Shown: piece by piece, positions 24,590 to 35,922 of the stretch
Layout: each line of letters starts with the position of its first letter
How positions within the stretch are numbered: the first letter of the stretch is position 1
Source: Macrostomum lignano
Taxonomy: Eukaryota
DNA: 64,000 nt
Reading direction: 5' to 3'
Assembly: GCA_002269645.1 (NCBI GenBank)
Contig: NIVC01001522.1
Location: 62,001 to 126,000 of the forward strand
Program-made: the position numbers and the translations under genes
The notes under the pieces: model-generated
The model's database searches: none
What the model saw: the letters and a program-made list of their open reading frames with translations, nothing else
What the model was told of the DNA's origin: nothing

Positions 24590-27500
24590 AGATCAGGCAT
24601 TCCAAGAAAGAGATGAGACACCCCAAGGAGATGAGACACTCCAAAAAAGAGATGAGACACCCCAAGGAGATGAGACACTCCAAGAAAGAGATGAGACACC
24701 CCAAGGAGATGAGACACTCCAAAAAAGAGATGAGACACCCCAAGGAGATGAGACACTCCAAGAAAGAGATGAGACACTCCAAGAAAGAGATGAGACACCC
24801 CAAGAAAGAGATGAGACACCCCAAGGAGATGAGACACTCCAAGAAAGAGATGAGACACCCCAAGGAGATGAGACACTCCAAGAAAGAGATGAGACACTCC
24901 AAGGAGATGAGACACTCCAAAAAAGAGATGAGACACCCCAAGGAGATGAGACACTCCAAGAAAGAGATGAGACACTCCAAGAAAGAGATGAGACACCCCA
25001 AGAAAGAGATGAGACACCCCAAGGAGATGAGACACTCCAAGAAAGAGATGAGACACCCCAAGGAGATGAGACACTCCAAGAAAGAGATGAGACACTCCAA
25101 GGAGATGAGACACTCCAAAAAAGAGATGAGACACCCCAAGGAGATGAGACACTCCAAGAAAGAGATGAGACACTCCAAGAAAGAGATGAGACACTCCAAG
25201 AAAGAGATGAGACACTCCAAGAAAGAGATGAGACACTCCAAGAAAGAGATGAGACACTCCAAGGAGATGAGACACTCCAAGAAAGAGATGAGACACTCCA
25301 AGAAAGAGATGAGACACTCCAAGGAGATGAGACACTCCAAAAAAGAGATGAGACACCCCAAGGAGATGAGACACTCCAAGAAAGAGATGAGACACTCCAA
25401 GAAAGAGATGAGACACTCCAAGAAAGAGATGAGACACTCCAAGAAAGAGATGAGACACTCCAAGAAAGAGATGAGACACTCCAAGGAGATGAGACACTCC
25501 AAGAAAGAGATGAGACACCCCAAGGAGATGAGACACTCCAAGAAAGAGATGAGACACTCCAAGGAGATGAGACACTCCAAGAAAGAGATGAGACACTCCA
25601 AGGAGATGAGACACTCCAAGAAAGAGATGAGACACTCCAAGGAGATGAGACACTCCAAGAAAGAGATGAGACACTCCAAGAAAGAGATGAGACACTCCAA
25701 GGAGATGAGACACTCCAAGAAAGAGATGAGACACTCCAAGAAAGAGATGAGACACTCCAAGGAGATGAGACACTCCAAGAAAGAGATGAGACACTCCAAG
25801 GAGATGAGACACTCCAAGAAAGAGATGAGACACTCCAAGGAGATGAGACACTCCAAGAAAGAGATGAGACACTCCAAGAAAGAGATGAGACACTCCAAGG
25901 AGATGAGACACTCCAAGAAAGAGATGAGACACTCCAAGAAAGAGATGAGACACTCCAAGGAGATGAGCCACTCCAAGAAAGAGATGAGACACCCCAAGGA
26001 GATGAGACACTCCAAGAAAGAGATGAGACACTCCAAGGAGATGAGACACTCCAAGAAAGAGATGAGACACTCCAAGGAGATGAGACACTCCAAGAAAGAG
26101 ATGAGACACTCCAAGGAGATGAGACACTCCAAGAAAGAGATGAGACACCCCAAGGAGATGAGACACTCCAAGAAAGAGATGAGACACTCCAAGAAAGAGA
26201 TGAGACACTCCAAGAAAGAGATGAGACACCCCAAGAAAGAGATGAGACACTCCAAGAAAGAGATGAGACACTCCAAGAAAGAGATGAGACACTCCAAGAA
26301 AGAGATGAGACACTCCAAGAAAGAGATGAGACACTCCAAGAAAGAGATGAGACACTCCAAGAAAGAGATGAGACACTCCAAGAAAGAGATGAGACACCCC
26401 AAGAAAGAGATGAGACACTCCAAGAAAGAGATGAGACACTCCAAGAAAGAGATGAGACACTCCAAGAAAGAGATGAGACACCCAAGAAAGAGATGAGACA
26501 CTCCAAGAAAGAGATGAGACACTCCAAGAAAGAGATGAGACACTCCAAGAAAGAGATGAGACACCCCAAGAAAGAGATGAGACACTCCAAGAAAGAGATG
26601 AGACACCCCAAGGAGGAGATGAGACACCCTAAGGAGATAAGACACGCCAAGAAAGAGATGAGACACTCCAAGAAAGAGATGAGACACTCCAAGAAAGAGA
26701 TGAGACACTCCAAGAAAGAGATGAGACACTCCAAGAAAGAGATGAGACACCCCAAGAAAGAGATGAGACACTCCAAGAAAGAGATGAGACACCCCAAGGA
26801 GGAGATGAGACACCCTAAGGAGATAAGACACGCCAAGAAAGAGATGAGACACCCCAAGGAGATGAGACACTCCAAAAAAGAGATGAGACACCCCAAGAAA
26901 GAGATGAGACACCCCAAGGAGAGGAGACACCCCAAGGAGGAGATGAGACACTCCAAGAAGGAGATGAGACACTCCAAGAAAGAGACGAGACACTCCAAGA
27001 AAGAGATGAGACACCCCAAGGAGGAGATGAGACACCCTAAGGAGATAAGACACCCCAAGAAAGAGATGAGACACTCCAAGAAGGAGATGAGACACCCCAA
27101 GGAGGAGATGAGACACCACAAGGAGGAGATGAGACACCCTAAGGAGATAAGACACCCCAAGTAAGAGATGAGACACTCCAAAAAAGAGATGAGACACCCC
27201 AAGGAGATGAGACACTCCAAAAAAGAGATGAGACACTCCAAAAAAAGATGAGATACTTCAAGAAAGAGATGAGACACTCCAAGAAAGAGATGAGACACTC
27301 CAAAAAAGAGTTGAGACACTCCAAGAAAGAGATGAGACACCCTAAGGTGATGAGACACCCCAAGGAGATGAGACACTCCAAGAAAGAGATGAGACACTCC
27401 AAGAAAGAGATGAGACACTCCAAAAAAGAGATGAGACACTCCAAAAAAGAGATGAGACACTCCAAGAAAGAGATGAGACACTCCAAGAAAGAGATGAGAC

Positions 27501-28425
27501 ACGCCAAGAAAGAGATGAGACACCCCAAGGAGATGAGACACTCCAAGAAAGAGATGAGACACTCCAAGAAAGAGATGAGACACTCCAAGAAAGAGATGAG
27601 ACACTCCAAGAAAGAGATGAGACACTCCAAGAAAGAGATGAGACACTCCAAGAAAGAGATGAGACACTCCAAGAAAGAGATGAGACACTCCAAGAAAGAG
27701 ATGAGACACTCCAAGAAAGAGATGAGACACTCCAAGAAAGAGATGAGACACTCCAAGGAGATGAGACACCCTAAGAAAGATATGAGACACCCCAAGGAGA
27801 TGAGACACCTTAAGGAGATGATACACCCTAAGGAGATGAGACACCCCAAGGAAATGAGACACCCCAAGGAGATGAGACACCTAAGAAAGAGATTAGACAC
27901 CCCAAGGAGATGAGACACCCTAAGAAAGAGATGAGACACCTTAAGGTGATGAAACACCCCAAGGAGATGAGACACACAAGAAAGAGATGAGACACCCCAA
28001 GGAGATGAGACACCCCAAGAAGGAGATGAGACACCCCAAGGAGATGAGACACCCTAAGAAAGAGATTAGACACCCTAAGAAAGAGATTAGACACCCTAAG
28101 GAGATGAGACACCCCAAGGAGATGAGACACCCTAAGGAGATGAGACACCCCAAGAAAGAGATAAGACACTCCAAGAAAGAGATGAGACACTCCAAGAAAG
28201 AGATGAGACACTCCAAGAAAGAGATGAGACACTCCAAAAAAGAGATGAGACACTCCAAAAAAGAGATGAGACACTCCAAGAAAGAGATGAGACACTCCAA
28301 GAAAGAGATGAGACACTCCAAGAAAGAGATGAGACACTCCAAAAAAGAGATGAGACACTCCAAAAAAGAGATGAGACACTCCAAGAAAGAGATGAGACAC
28401 CCCAAGAAAGAGATGAGACACCCAA
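24590..28425. repeat. 3.8-kb minisatellite of interspersed 21-bp (GAGATGAGACACTCCAAGAAA) and 18-bp (GAGATGAGACAC(C/T)CCAAG) units
   Basis: Direct reading. It is the source of all 200-1095-aa ORFs here. Confidence 0.97.
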
Positions 28426-29227
28426 GCAGGAAAAGACGAAGTAAAATGACACACCCACGAAGACAGTTAGAATAAATGCAAGCATAAATTCAGTGACAGA
28501 AGTGACAGAAATGCTGATCATCTAAGCTATAAAACACCGCGTCCCGCGTTGCCAGGCGGCAAAGACTGAGAAATTAATCTCAGAGAAAATCAGTACGGTG
28601 AAACCTCTTCCCCCCTCGGGAGCGAATAGACGAATTTTAATCAGGTCACGCAGCAGGGGCACATGGGAATGAGATCAGATAGGCGGAGGAGAATCAATGC
28701 AGACTCCGCCATCTCTTCCCTAATTCAATCTGAGCAGCAGGCACTCCAGGAAAATCTGCACCAGCCCACCCGAGACCTCCAGAACGAATTCAGATCTCTC
28801 TTATTTGACTAATTAATTAAATCCCTGAGCCTTCTGCCAATCATTGCCAATATAAATATTCCCAGCAGGCGGCAGAAGGCATATCGAGCCAGATTGTCCT
28901 CATTTCCAGCGGGCAGGAAATTCGATCAAGTGAAAAAAAACAGAAACAGCAACTGACAGAACGGCATTTTATGGTGATTGTTTTTGTGAAGAAGGAAAAA
29001 AACTAAAAAAAGATTGTAGACAGACAGGTTTATTAACAAAAGTTTGTGTAGAAAAAAACTGTAAAAAAATATTCGTTCGAAAGCATTGCTTTGAAATTTT
29101 TCTGGATAAAAAATAAAAATTTTTAGGAAACTGGCTTCTTCCAGGGATAAAATCTTGCTCAGTTTAGGAATAAATATTATCATGAGTCGTTGGCAACCAC
29201 GCTTTGAGATAACAGTCTGACACAATA

Positions 29228-30254
29228 TTGATTGATTGATTGATCAGTTGATCGGCGGATCCTGCTGGGGCCCAGTTGATTGATTGATTGATCAGTTGAT
29301 CGGCGGATCCCGCTGTGGCCCAGTTGATTGATTGATTGATCAGTTGATCGGCGGATCCTGCTGTGGCCCAGTTGATTGATTGATCAATTGATCGGCTGAT
29401 CCTGCTGTGGCCCAGTTGATTGATTGATTGATCAGTTGATCGGCTGATCCTGCTGTGGCCCAGTTGATTGATTGATTGATCAGTTGATCGGCGGACCCCG
29501 CTGTGACCCAGTTGATAGATTGATTGATCAATTGATCGGCTGATCCTGCTGTGGCCCAGTTGATTGATTGATTGATCAGTTGATCGGCAGATCCTGCTGT
29601 GGCCCAGTTGATTGATTGATTGATCAGTTGATCGGCAGATCCTGCTGTGGCCCAGTTGATTGATTGATTGATCAGTTGATCGGCAGATCCTGCTGGGGCC
29701 CAGTTGATTGATTGATTGATCAGTTGATCGGCGGATCCTGCTGTGGCCCAGTTGATTGATTGATTGATCAGTTGATCGGCGGATCCCGCTGTGGCCCAGT
29801 TGATTGATTGATTGATCAATTGATCGGCAGATCCTGCTGGGGCCCAGTTGATTGATTGATTGATCAGTTGATCGGCTGATCCTGCTGTGGCCCAGTTGAT
29901 TGATTGATTGATCAGTTGATCGGCAGATCCTGCTGTGGCCCAGTTGATTGATTGATTGATCAGTTGATCGGCAGATCCTGCTGAGGCCCAGTTGATTGAT
30001 TGATTGATTGATCAGTTGATCGGCAGATCCTGCTGGGGCCCAGTTGATTGATTGATTGATTGATCAGTTGATCGGCGGATCCTGCTGGGGCCCAGTTGAT
30101 TGATTGATTGATCAGTTGATCGGCGGATCCTGCTGTGGCCCAGTTGATTGATTGATTGATCAGTTGATCGGCGGATCCTGCTGTGGCCCAGTTGATTGAT
30201 TGATTGATCAGTTGATCGGCAGATCCTGCCGTGGCCCAGTTGATTGATTGATCA
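29228..30254. repeat. 48-bp minisatellite containing a (GATT)n microsatellite (GATTGATTGATTGATCAGTTGATCGGCGGATCCTGCTGTGGCCCAGTT), ~21 copies
   Basis: Direct reading. The unit varies by 4 bp. Confidence 0.95.
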
Positions 30255-30637
30255 ATGCAGGTGACTGGGCGAATCCAGCTGACACAGGCCGAGCCTCAGT
30301 GAAACAGTTGTGCAAGAAGGACTCCGAGGAAACGAACCCCGCACCCACCCATCAACTAGGCACAGTTGTCAATCAAGGAGGCGTTCAGTAGAGGCCCAAA
30401 ATAATCAATATAATCTAATAAAAAATCGATAAACCCAGTCATTAGTTCTCAAATCCAAGCGGGTGCTTAAACGACTTTACTTTACAGTTTAAGTAAAGGA
30501 TCTATAGGAGACTAAAAACTAAAGCAGAAAGAGAATTTATAGTTAAGTTATTCCATGTGGGCCTCCACAGGGCCTCCACCGACAACAGGCCTAGTTTGGG
30601 TGGGTGGCCGGTGGTTCGTTACCCCCGACAACAGGTA

Positions 30638-33600
30638 CTAGTAGTCGCCTAGATCGAAGCAGTCGTAGACGTCGCTTGCATCCTCATCCGCGACCGCTTC
30701 AGCGTCGGTTTGTGCACCAGACTGGAGCGACTCCGGATCCTGGATTGGGATAAGAAACGGCGAGAGATGGGACTGTTGATAAATGATTGAAGAGAGTCAG
30801 AATCTACATTTTGAGTAATCTGTAAGCATAAAGTCTGAAGACTGCAGAGTATGGTTTTGAAATTTTTGACCGATGCCTGCTGGGATTCAGGTTTTTAATT
30901 TGGCAACCTAAATTCGGACACAGGATGCCCATGGTATTTTGCGATTCTGATGCTAAAAAGACACTGAGAAAAACAAATAGACACACAGAAGGCAGACATA
31001 TGTTGCTTCTTCAAAAACAGCAAACAGAAGACACACACAGACAGACACAGCAGACACACAGACAGACACACAGACACACAGACAGACACAGCAGGCAGAC
31101 ACAGATAGACACAGCAGGCAGACACAGACAGACACAGCAGGCAGACACAGATAGACACAGACAGACACAGCAGGCAGACACAGACACAGCAGGCAGGAAC
31201 AGTAGACAAGCAGGCACACACAGACAGACACAGCAGGCAGGAACAGTAGACAAGCAGGCACACACAGACAGACACAGCAGGCAGGAACAGTAGACACACA
31301 CTGACACACACAGACACACACGCAGCTCCCTCACCTCCCAGTCCAGCGGGTACCGCAGCAGGCCAGCGAGGCCGCCGAAGCCGTTGGCAAACTGCACTCC
31401 CTCGGGGCTGCGGCAGGCCAGCACGCGCAGCTGAGCCCCGGCCGCCGGGCAGCCCGCATCTGCCAGCCAGTCGATCAGCGGCCTCGGCTCATCCAGGCCG
31501 CAGTCGGTGACCTCTACACCATCTCCATGCTGACCGCCAGCAGCACTCCGACAGGCTTGCCTAGGAATCAGCTTCAGCTGCCGGCTGGCGGTCAGCACGC
31601 AGTCGTAGGGCAGCTCCTCCCAGGCTAGCACAGTGTCCACCGCGCCAGATTCTAGTGCGGCCACAGTCTGCCCAACACCGTAGCAAACCAGCTGCTGCCG
31701 GCCGTGACCCAATTCTTCGAATAGTCTGGCTAGGCAGCGCTTTTCTTCTAGATAGGCCAGGCCAGTTAAACAGTCTGAGGCCAGCTCAATGGCCTGGTTG
31801 AGGCCGACCTCACCGCCGTAGGCTATGTCCACCACCTGGAGTGTCTGGACATGTAGATTAGATATGCATTTGTATTTATATGCTGGTGTATTGTTTGCTG
31901 CACTCCTACAGTCCTCTTTGATATATCCTAATCTTTAATCGTTTTCTTTCCGCCCCTCTCTTCATCTTTCCGCCCCTCTCTTCATCTTTCCGCCCCTCTC
32001 TTCATCTTTCCGCCCCTCTCTTCATCTTTCCGCCCCTCTCTTCATCTTTCCGCCCCTCTCCTCATCTTTCCGCCCCTCTCCTCATCTTTCCGCCCCTCTC
32101 TTTATCTTTCCGCCCCTCTGTTCATCTTTCCGCCACCCTCTCTTCATCTTTCCGCCCCTTTCTTTATCTTTCCGCCACCCTCTCTTCATCTTTCCGCCCC
32201 TTTCTTTATCTTTCCGCCACCCTCTCTTCTTCTTTCCACCCAACTTAATTATCTTTCCGCCCCTCTAATTATCTTTCCGCCCCCTCTCTTCATCTTTCCG
32301 CCCCTCTCTTCATCTTTCCGCCCCCCTCTCTTTATCTTTCCGCCCCCTCTAACTATCTTTCCGCCCCCTCTAATTATCTTTCCGCCCCCTCTAATTATCT
32401 TTCCGCCCCCTCTAATTATCTTTCCGCCCCCTCTAATTATCTTTCCGCCCCTCTCTAAACATCACTCCGCCGCTCTTTTCATATTTCCGCCCCTCACTTC
32501 ATATTTCCGCCCCTCTCTTCATATTTCTGCCCCAGTAACCAACCTTGCCAGCGAGTCTGGCATCCAGCAGGCCGCCCTGCTGCAATTCAACTTTGAAGTC
32601 GGCCGACCCGGCTAAAACAAGTCCGTCCACGGCCGGCCGGCCGCTGTCCGGCTCCAGAAACAGTCCGGACGCGAGTTCGGCCACTTTGCGCAAATAATTA
32701 TGCCGCTTCTCCAATCGGATACGGGCAAACCGGACGGCGGACTGTCCGCCTCGGCCGTGTTTTCTGGGCAACTCGACCGACATTCGGTGCAGCACCCGGC
32801 GCTCGGAGCCGCTCAGCACAGCGAAGAGGGCGCCAGAGCCGTCCAGCACGATGAAGCCGAACCTGCGCTCGTCAGTTTCCAGCATCGACTGCAGCGCCTC
32901 CGTGTGGAACCGGCTGTCGCACAGGTAGATGGGCGATTGGACAGGTTTGCACGGCTCCAAGTCTATTGTTACCTGGGTATGTGGGGGAAGGGGGTCGCGA
33001 TTTCTTATTTTCTAATAAATTCACTTTCGATACATATCGGCTACTTCAGTGTTTAATCGATACATACCGGCTACTTCAGTGTTTAATCGATACATATCGG
33101 CTACTTCAGTGTTTAATCGATACATATCGGCTACTTCAGTGTTTAATCGATACATATCGGCTACTTCAGTGTTTAATCGATACATACCGGCTACTTCAGT
33201 GTTTAATTAATACATATCGGCAACTTCAGTGTTTAATCGATACATATCGGCTTCTTTCGTAAATTATCGATACATATCGGCTATTTAAGAAATTTTTTGA
33301 TACATATCGGCTACTTACGTAAATTATCGATACATATCGGCTTCTTTCGTAAATTATCGATACATATCGGCTTCTTTCGTAAATTATCGATACATATGAG
33401 CTACATATATTAACATCAATAAGAACTCTAACCCAACCTTTTTCTCTTTCCCATCCTCCGTGACAATAGTCCCACAGAAGATCACAAGGCCATTGTCTGG
33501 CACCCGACTGTACACCTTCAGACGCTGCTGCACCGAGGCCAGGGCCCACAGCACAGCCAGTCGATTGGCACGCGATTTAATGTTCCCAGCTGCTCCAATC

Positions 33601-33914
33601 TCCTCAGCTAGCAGCTTGGCGGGCCGACTCAACGGGTGCCGCGGCGGCACCAGCAGGGTGATCAGACTGGTGCCATTGTGACCACGGACTCCGTCCAGTG
33701 CGCGAAGGAGTCGCTTCAGCTTCCATTGCTGCTGCTGTTGCAGTTCCTGGCTGCGAAAATCAGCTGAAAAAGCCGATGGTTGATTGACAGCCAGTGCTGT
33801 TGCCATGACAACAACAAGCTGTTGCTACATGCAATAGAATAGTTGAGGGTATTTACCTTCGAATGTTCGGCTATCAATCGCAGTCTCTGATCCTTTTAGC
33901 GGGTCCTCAGTCAT
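30638..33914 (-). CDS. ETF1: Divergent eukaryotic release factor 1 (eRF1-like). Exons: complement(30638..30739, 31335..31844, 32544..32972, 33438..33763, 33857..33914), ~474 aa. Alternative unspliced start ATG 33806 gives ~469 aa.
   Basis: Motifs [50 protein letters not shown] and C-terminal FDLGDY* (human FDLDDY*). All junctions are GT-AG and keep frame. Exon 1 is less certain than exons 2-5. Confidence 0.92.
31015..31322. repeat. CAGA/CA-type compound repeat in eRF1 intron 4 (CAGACACACAGCAGGCAGA...)
   Basis: Direct reading. It begins a few bases from the donor at 31334. Confidence 0.9.
31945..32525. repeat. ~20-23-bp minisatellite (TTTCCGCCCCTCTCTTCATC) filling eRF1 intron 3
   Basis: Direct reading. 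Confidence 0.92.
33028..33395. repeat. 30-bp minisatellite (TACATATCGGCTACTTCAGTGTTTAATCGA) with two subtypes, in eRF1 intron 2
   Basis: Direct reading. It gives 10-aa periodicity in ORF 32966..33262. Confidence 0.92.
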
Positions 33915-34292
33915 CTCTGATCCTTCAGTGGGTCCTCAGCCACCCTCTCTGATCCTTCAGTGGATCCTCAGCCACCCTCTCTGATCCTTCAGTGGGTCCT
34001 CAGCCACCCTCTCTGATCCTTCAGTGGATCCTCAGCCACCCTCTCTGATCCTTCAGTGGGTCCTCAGCCACCCTCTCTGATCCTTCAGTGGATCCTCAGC
34101 CACCCTCTCTGATCCTTCAGTGGATCCTCAGCCACCCTCTCTGATCCTTCAGTGGGTCCTCAGCCGTCCTCTCTGATCCTTCAGTGGGTCCTCAGCCACC
34201 CTCTCTGATCCTTCGGTGGGTCCTCAGCCGTCCTCTCTGATCCTTCAGTGGGTCCTCAGCCACCCTCTCTGCTCCTTCAGCGGGTCCTCAGC
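33915..34292. repeat. 32-bp minisatellite (TCCTTCAGTGGGTCCTCAGCCACCCTCTCTGA), ~12 copies, directly upstream of the eRF1 start
   Basis: Direct reading. Confidence 0.93.
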
Positions 34293-34761
34293 TACCCAAT
34301 GCCTTTAAATCACAATAATAAAACGCATTGAGCAAGCCAAATAATATATTTAAATTTCATTGCAACATTTGCACTAAGAAACATTGAAAAAAGAAACAAT
34401 TAAAACAAATTGCACTAACTGAATTGCATAATATCAATAATTTTACATAAAATTAATTGCACATATTAAATAACAATTAGTAAGATTGCATGACTAGATT
34501 GACAGTTATATAATAGCATTGTTTATACAAATACTACAGTACCATAATAGAAATATGAATATTAAATTATTGCACAATTCCTTCGCTGAAACACGAACTT
34601 AAATTAGATTAACACACTTTCATTGCCAGACAGAAAAAACACAAAATTATAGTTTCAATAATTACCAAATATCTACAAACAAAAAGCAAAGCAGCTTATT
34701 AACAATGAACCAGAAGTCAAGCAGGCTGTTTATTAGTTGCTGTATCATTGAACTATCTTGC

Positions 34762-35825
34762 CTCAAAATGGCAGGGATAGATAGAGGATTCAAAATGGCA
34801 GGGATAGATAGAGGAGTCAAAATGGCAGGGATAGATAGAGGATTCAAAATGGCAGGGATAGATAGAGGAGTCAAAATGGCAGGGATAGATAGAGGAGTCA
34901 AAATGGCAGGGATAAATAGAGGAGTCAAAATGGCAGGGATAGATAGAGGAGTCAAAATGGCAGGGATAGATAGAGGAGTCAAAATGGCAGGGATAAATAG
35001 AGGAGTCAAAATGGCAGGGATAGATAGAGGAGTCAAAATGGCAGGGATAGATAGAGGAGTCAAAATGGCAGGGATAGATAGAGGAGTCAAAATGGCAGGG
35101 ATAAATAGAGGAGTCAAAATGGCAGGGATAGATAGAGGAGTCAAAATGGCAGGGATAAATAGAGGAGTCAAAATGGCAGGGATAGATAAAGGATTCAAAA
35201 TGGCAGGGATAGATAGAGGAGTCAAAATGGCAGGGATAAATAGAGGAGTCAAAATGGCAGGGATAGATAGAGGAGTCAAAATGGCAGGGATAGATAGAGG
35301 AGTCAAAATGGCAGGGATAGATAGAGGATGCAAAATGGCAGGGATAGATAGAGGAGTCAAAATGGCAGGGATAGATAGAGGATTCAAAATGGCAGGGATA
35401 TATAGAGGAGTCAAAATGGCAGGGATAGATAGAGGAGTCAAAATGGCAGGGATAGATAGAGGAGTCAAAATGGCAGGGATAAATAGAGGAGTCAAAATGG
35501 CAGGGATAGATAGAGGAGTCAAAATGGCAGGGATAGATAGAGGATTCAAAATGGCAGGGATAGATAGAGGAGTCAAAATGGCAGGGATAGATAGAGGAGT
35601 CAAAATGGCAGGGATAGATAGAGGAGTCAAAATGACAGGGATAGATAGAGGATGCAAAATGACAGGGACAGATAGAGGATGCAAAATGACAGGGACAGAT
35701 AGAGGATGCAAAATGGCAGGGATAGATAGAGGATTCAAAATGGCAGGGATAGATAGAGGAGTCAAAATGACAGGGATAGATAGAGTCAAAATGGCAGGGA
35801 CAGATAGAGGAGTCAAAATGACAGA
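34762..35825. repeat. 21-bp minisatellite (CAAAATGGCAGGGATAGATAGAGGAGT-type; 21-27-bp period), ~1.1 kb, between ARNT stop and eRF1
   Basis: Direct reading. The repeat ORF period of KMAGIDRGV (9 aa) indicates a 27-bp unit. Confidence 0.93.
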
Positions 35826-35922
35826 GTTAAGTTTAAAATGACAACAAGATAGCCACTTAAAAATGGCACTAGCGAGTTAAAAGAGGGCAGGAATTGGTGG
35901 CGGTAGAGGCTACAAAAATCTA

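Noticed and set aside
24501-28521. Very long ORFs (911, 658, 1095, 627 aa) as protein-coding genes
   Set aside because: They are translations of a 21/18-bp tandem array, open in several frames on both strands, with no splice or domain context. Kept only as a low-interest finding.
31011-31334. Cys/Val/Leu-rich C-terminal extension of eRF1 in the ORF track
   Set aside because: This is read-through into intron 4. A donor at 31334 splices to an exon ending in the conserved FDLGDY*.
34705-35841. 378- and 384-aa ORFs (KMAGIDRGV and PLSIPAILT repeats)
   Set aside because: Translations of the intergenic minisatellite.
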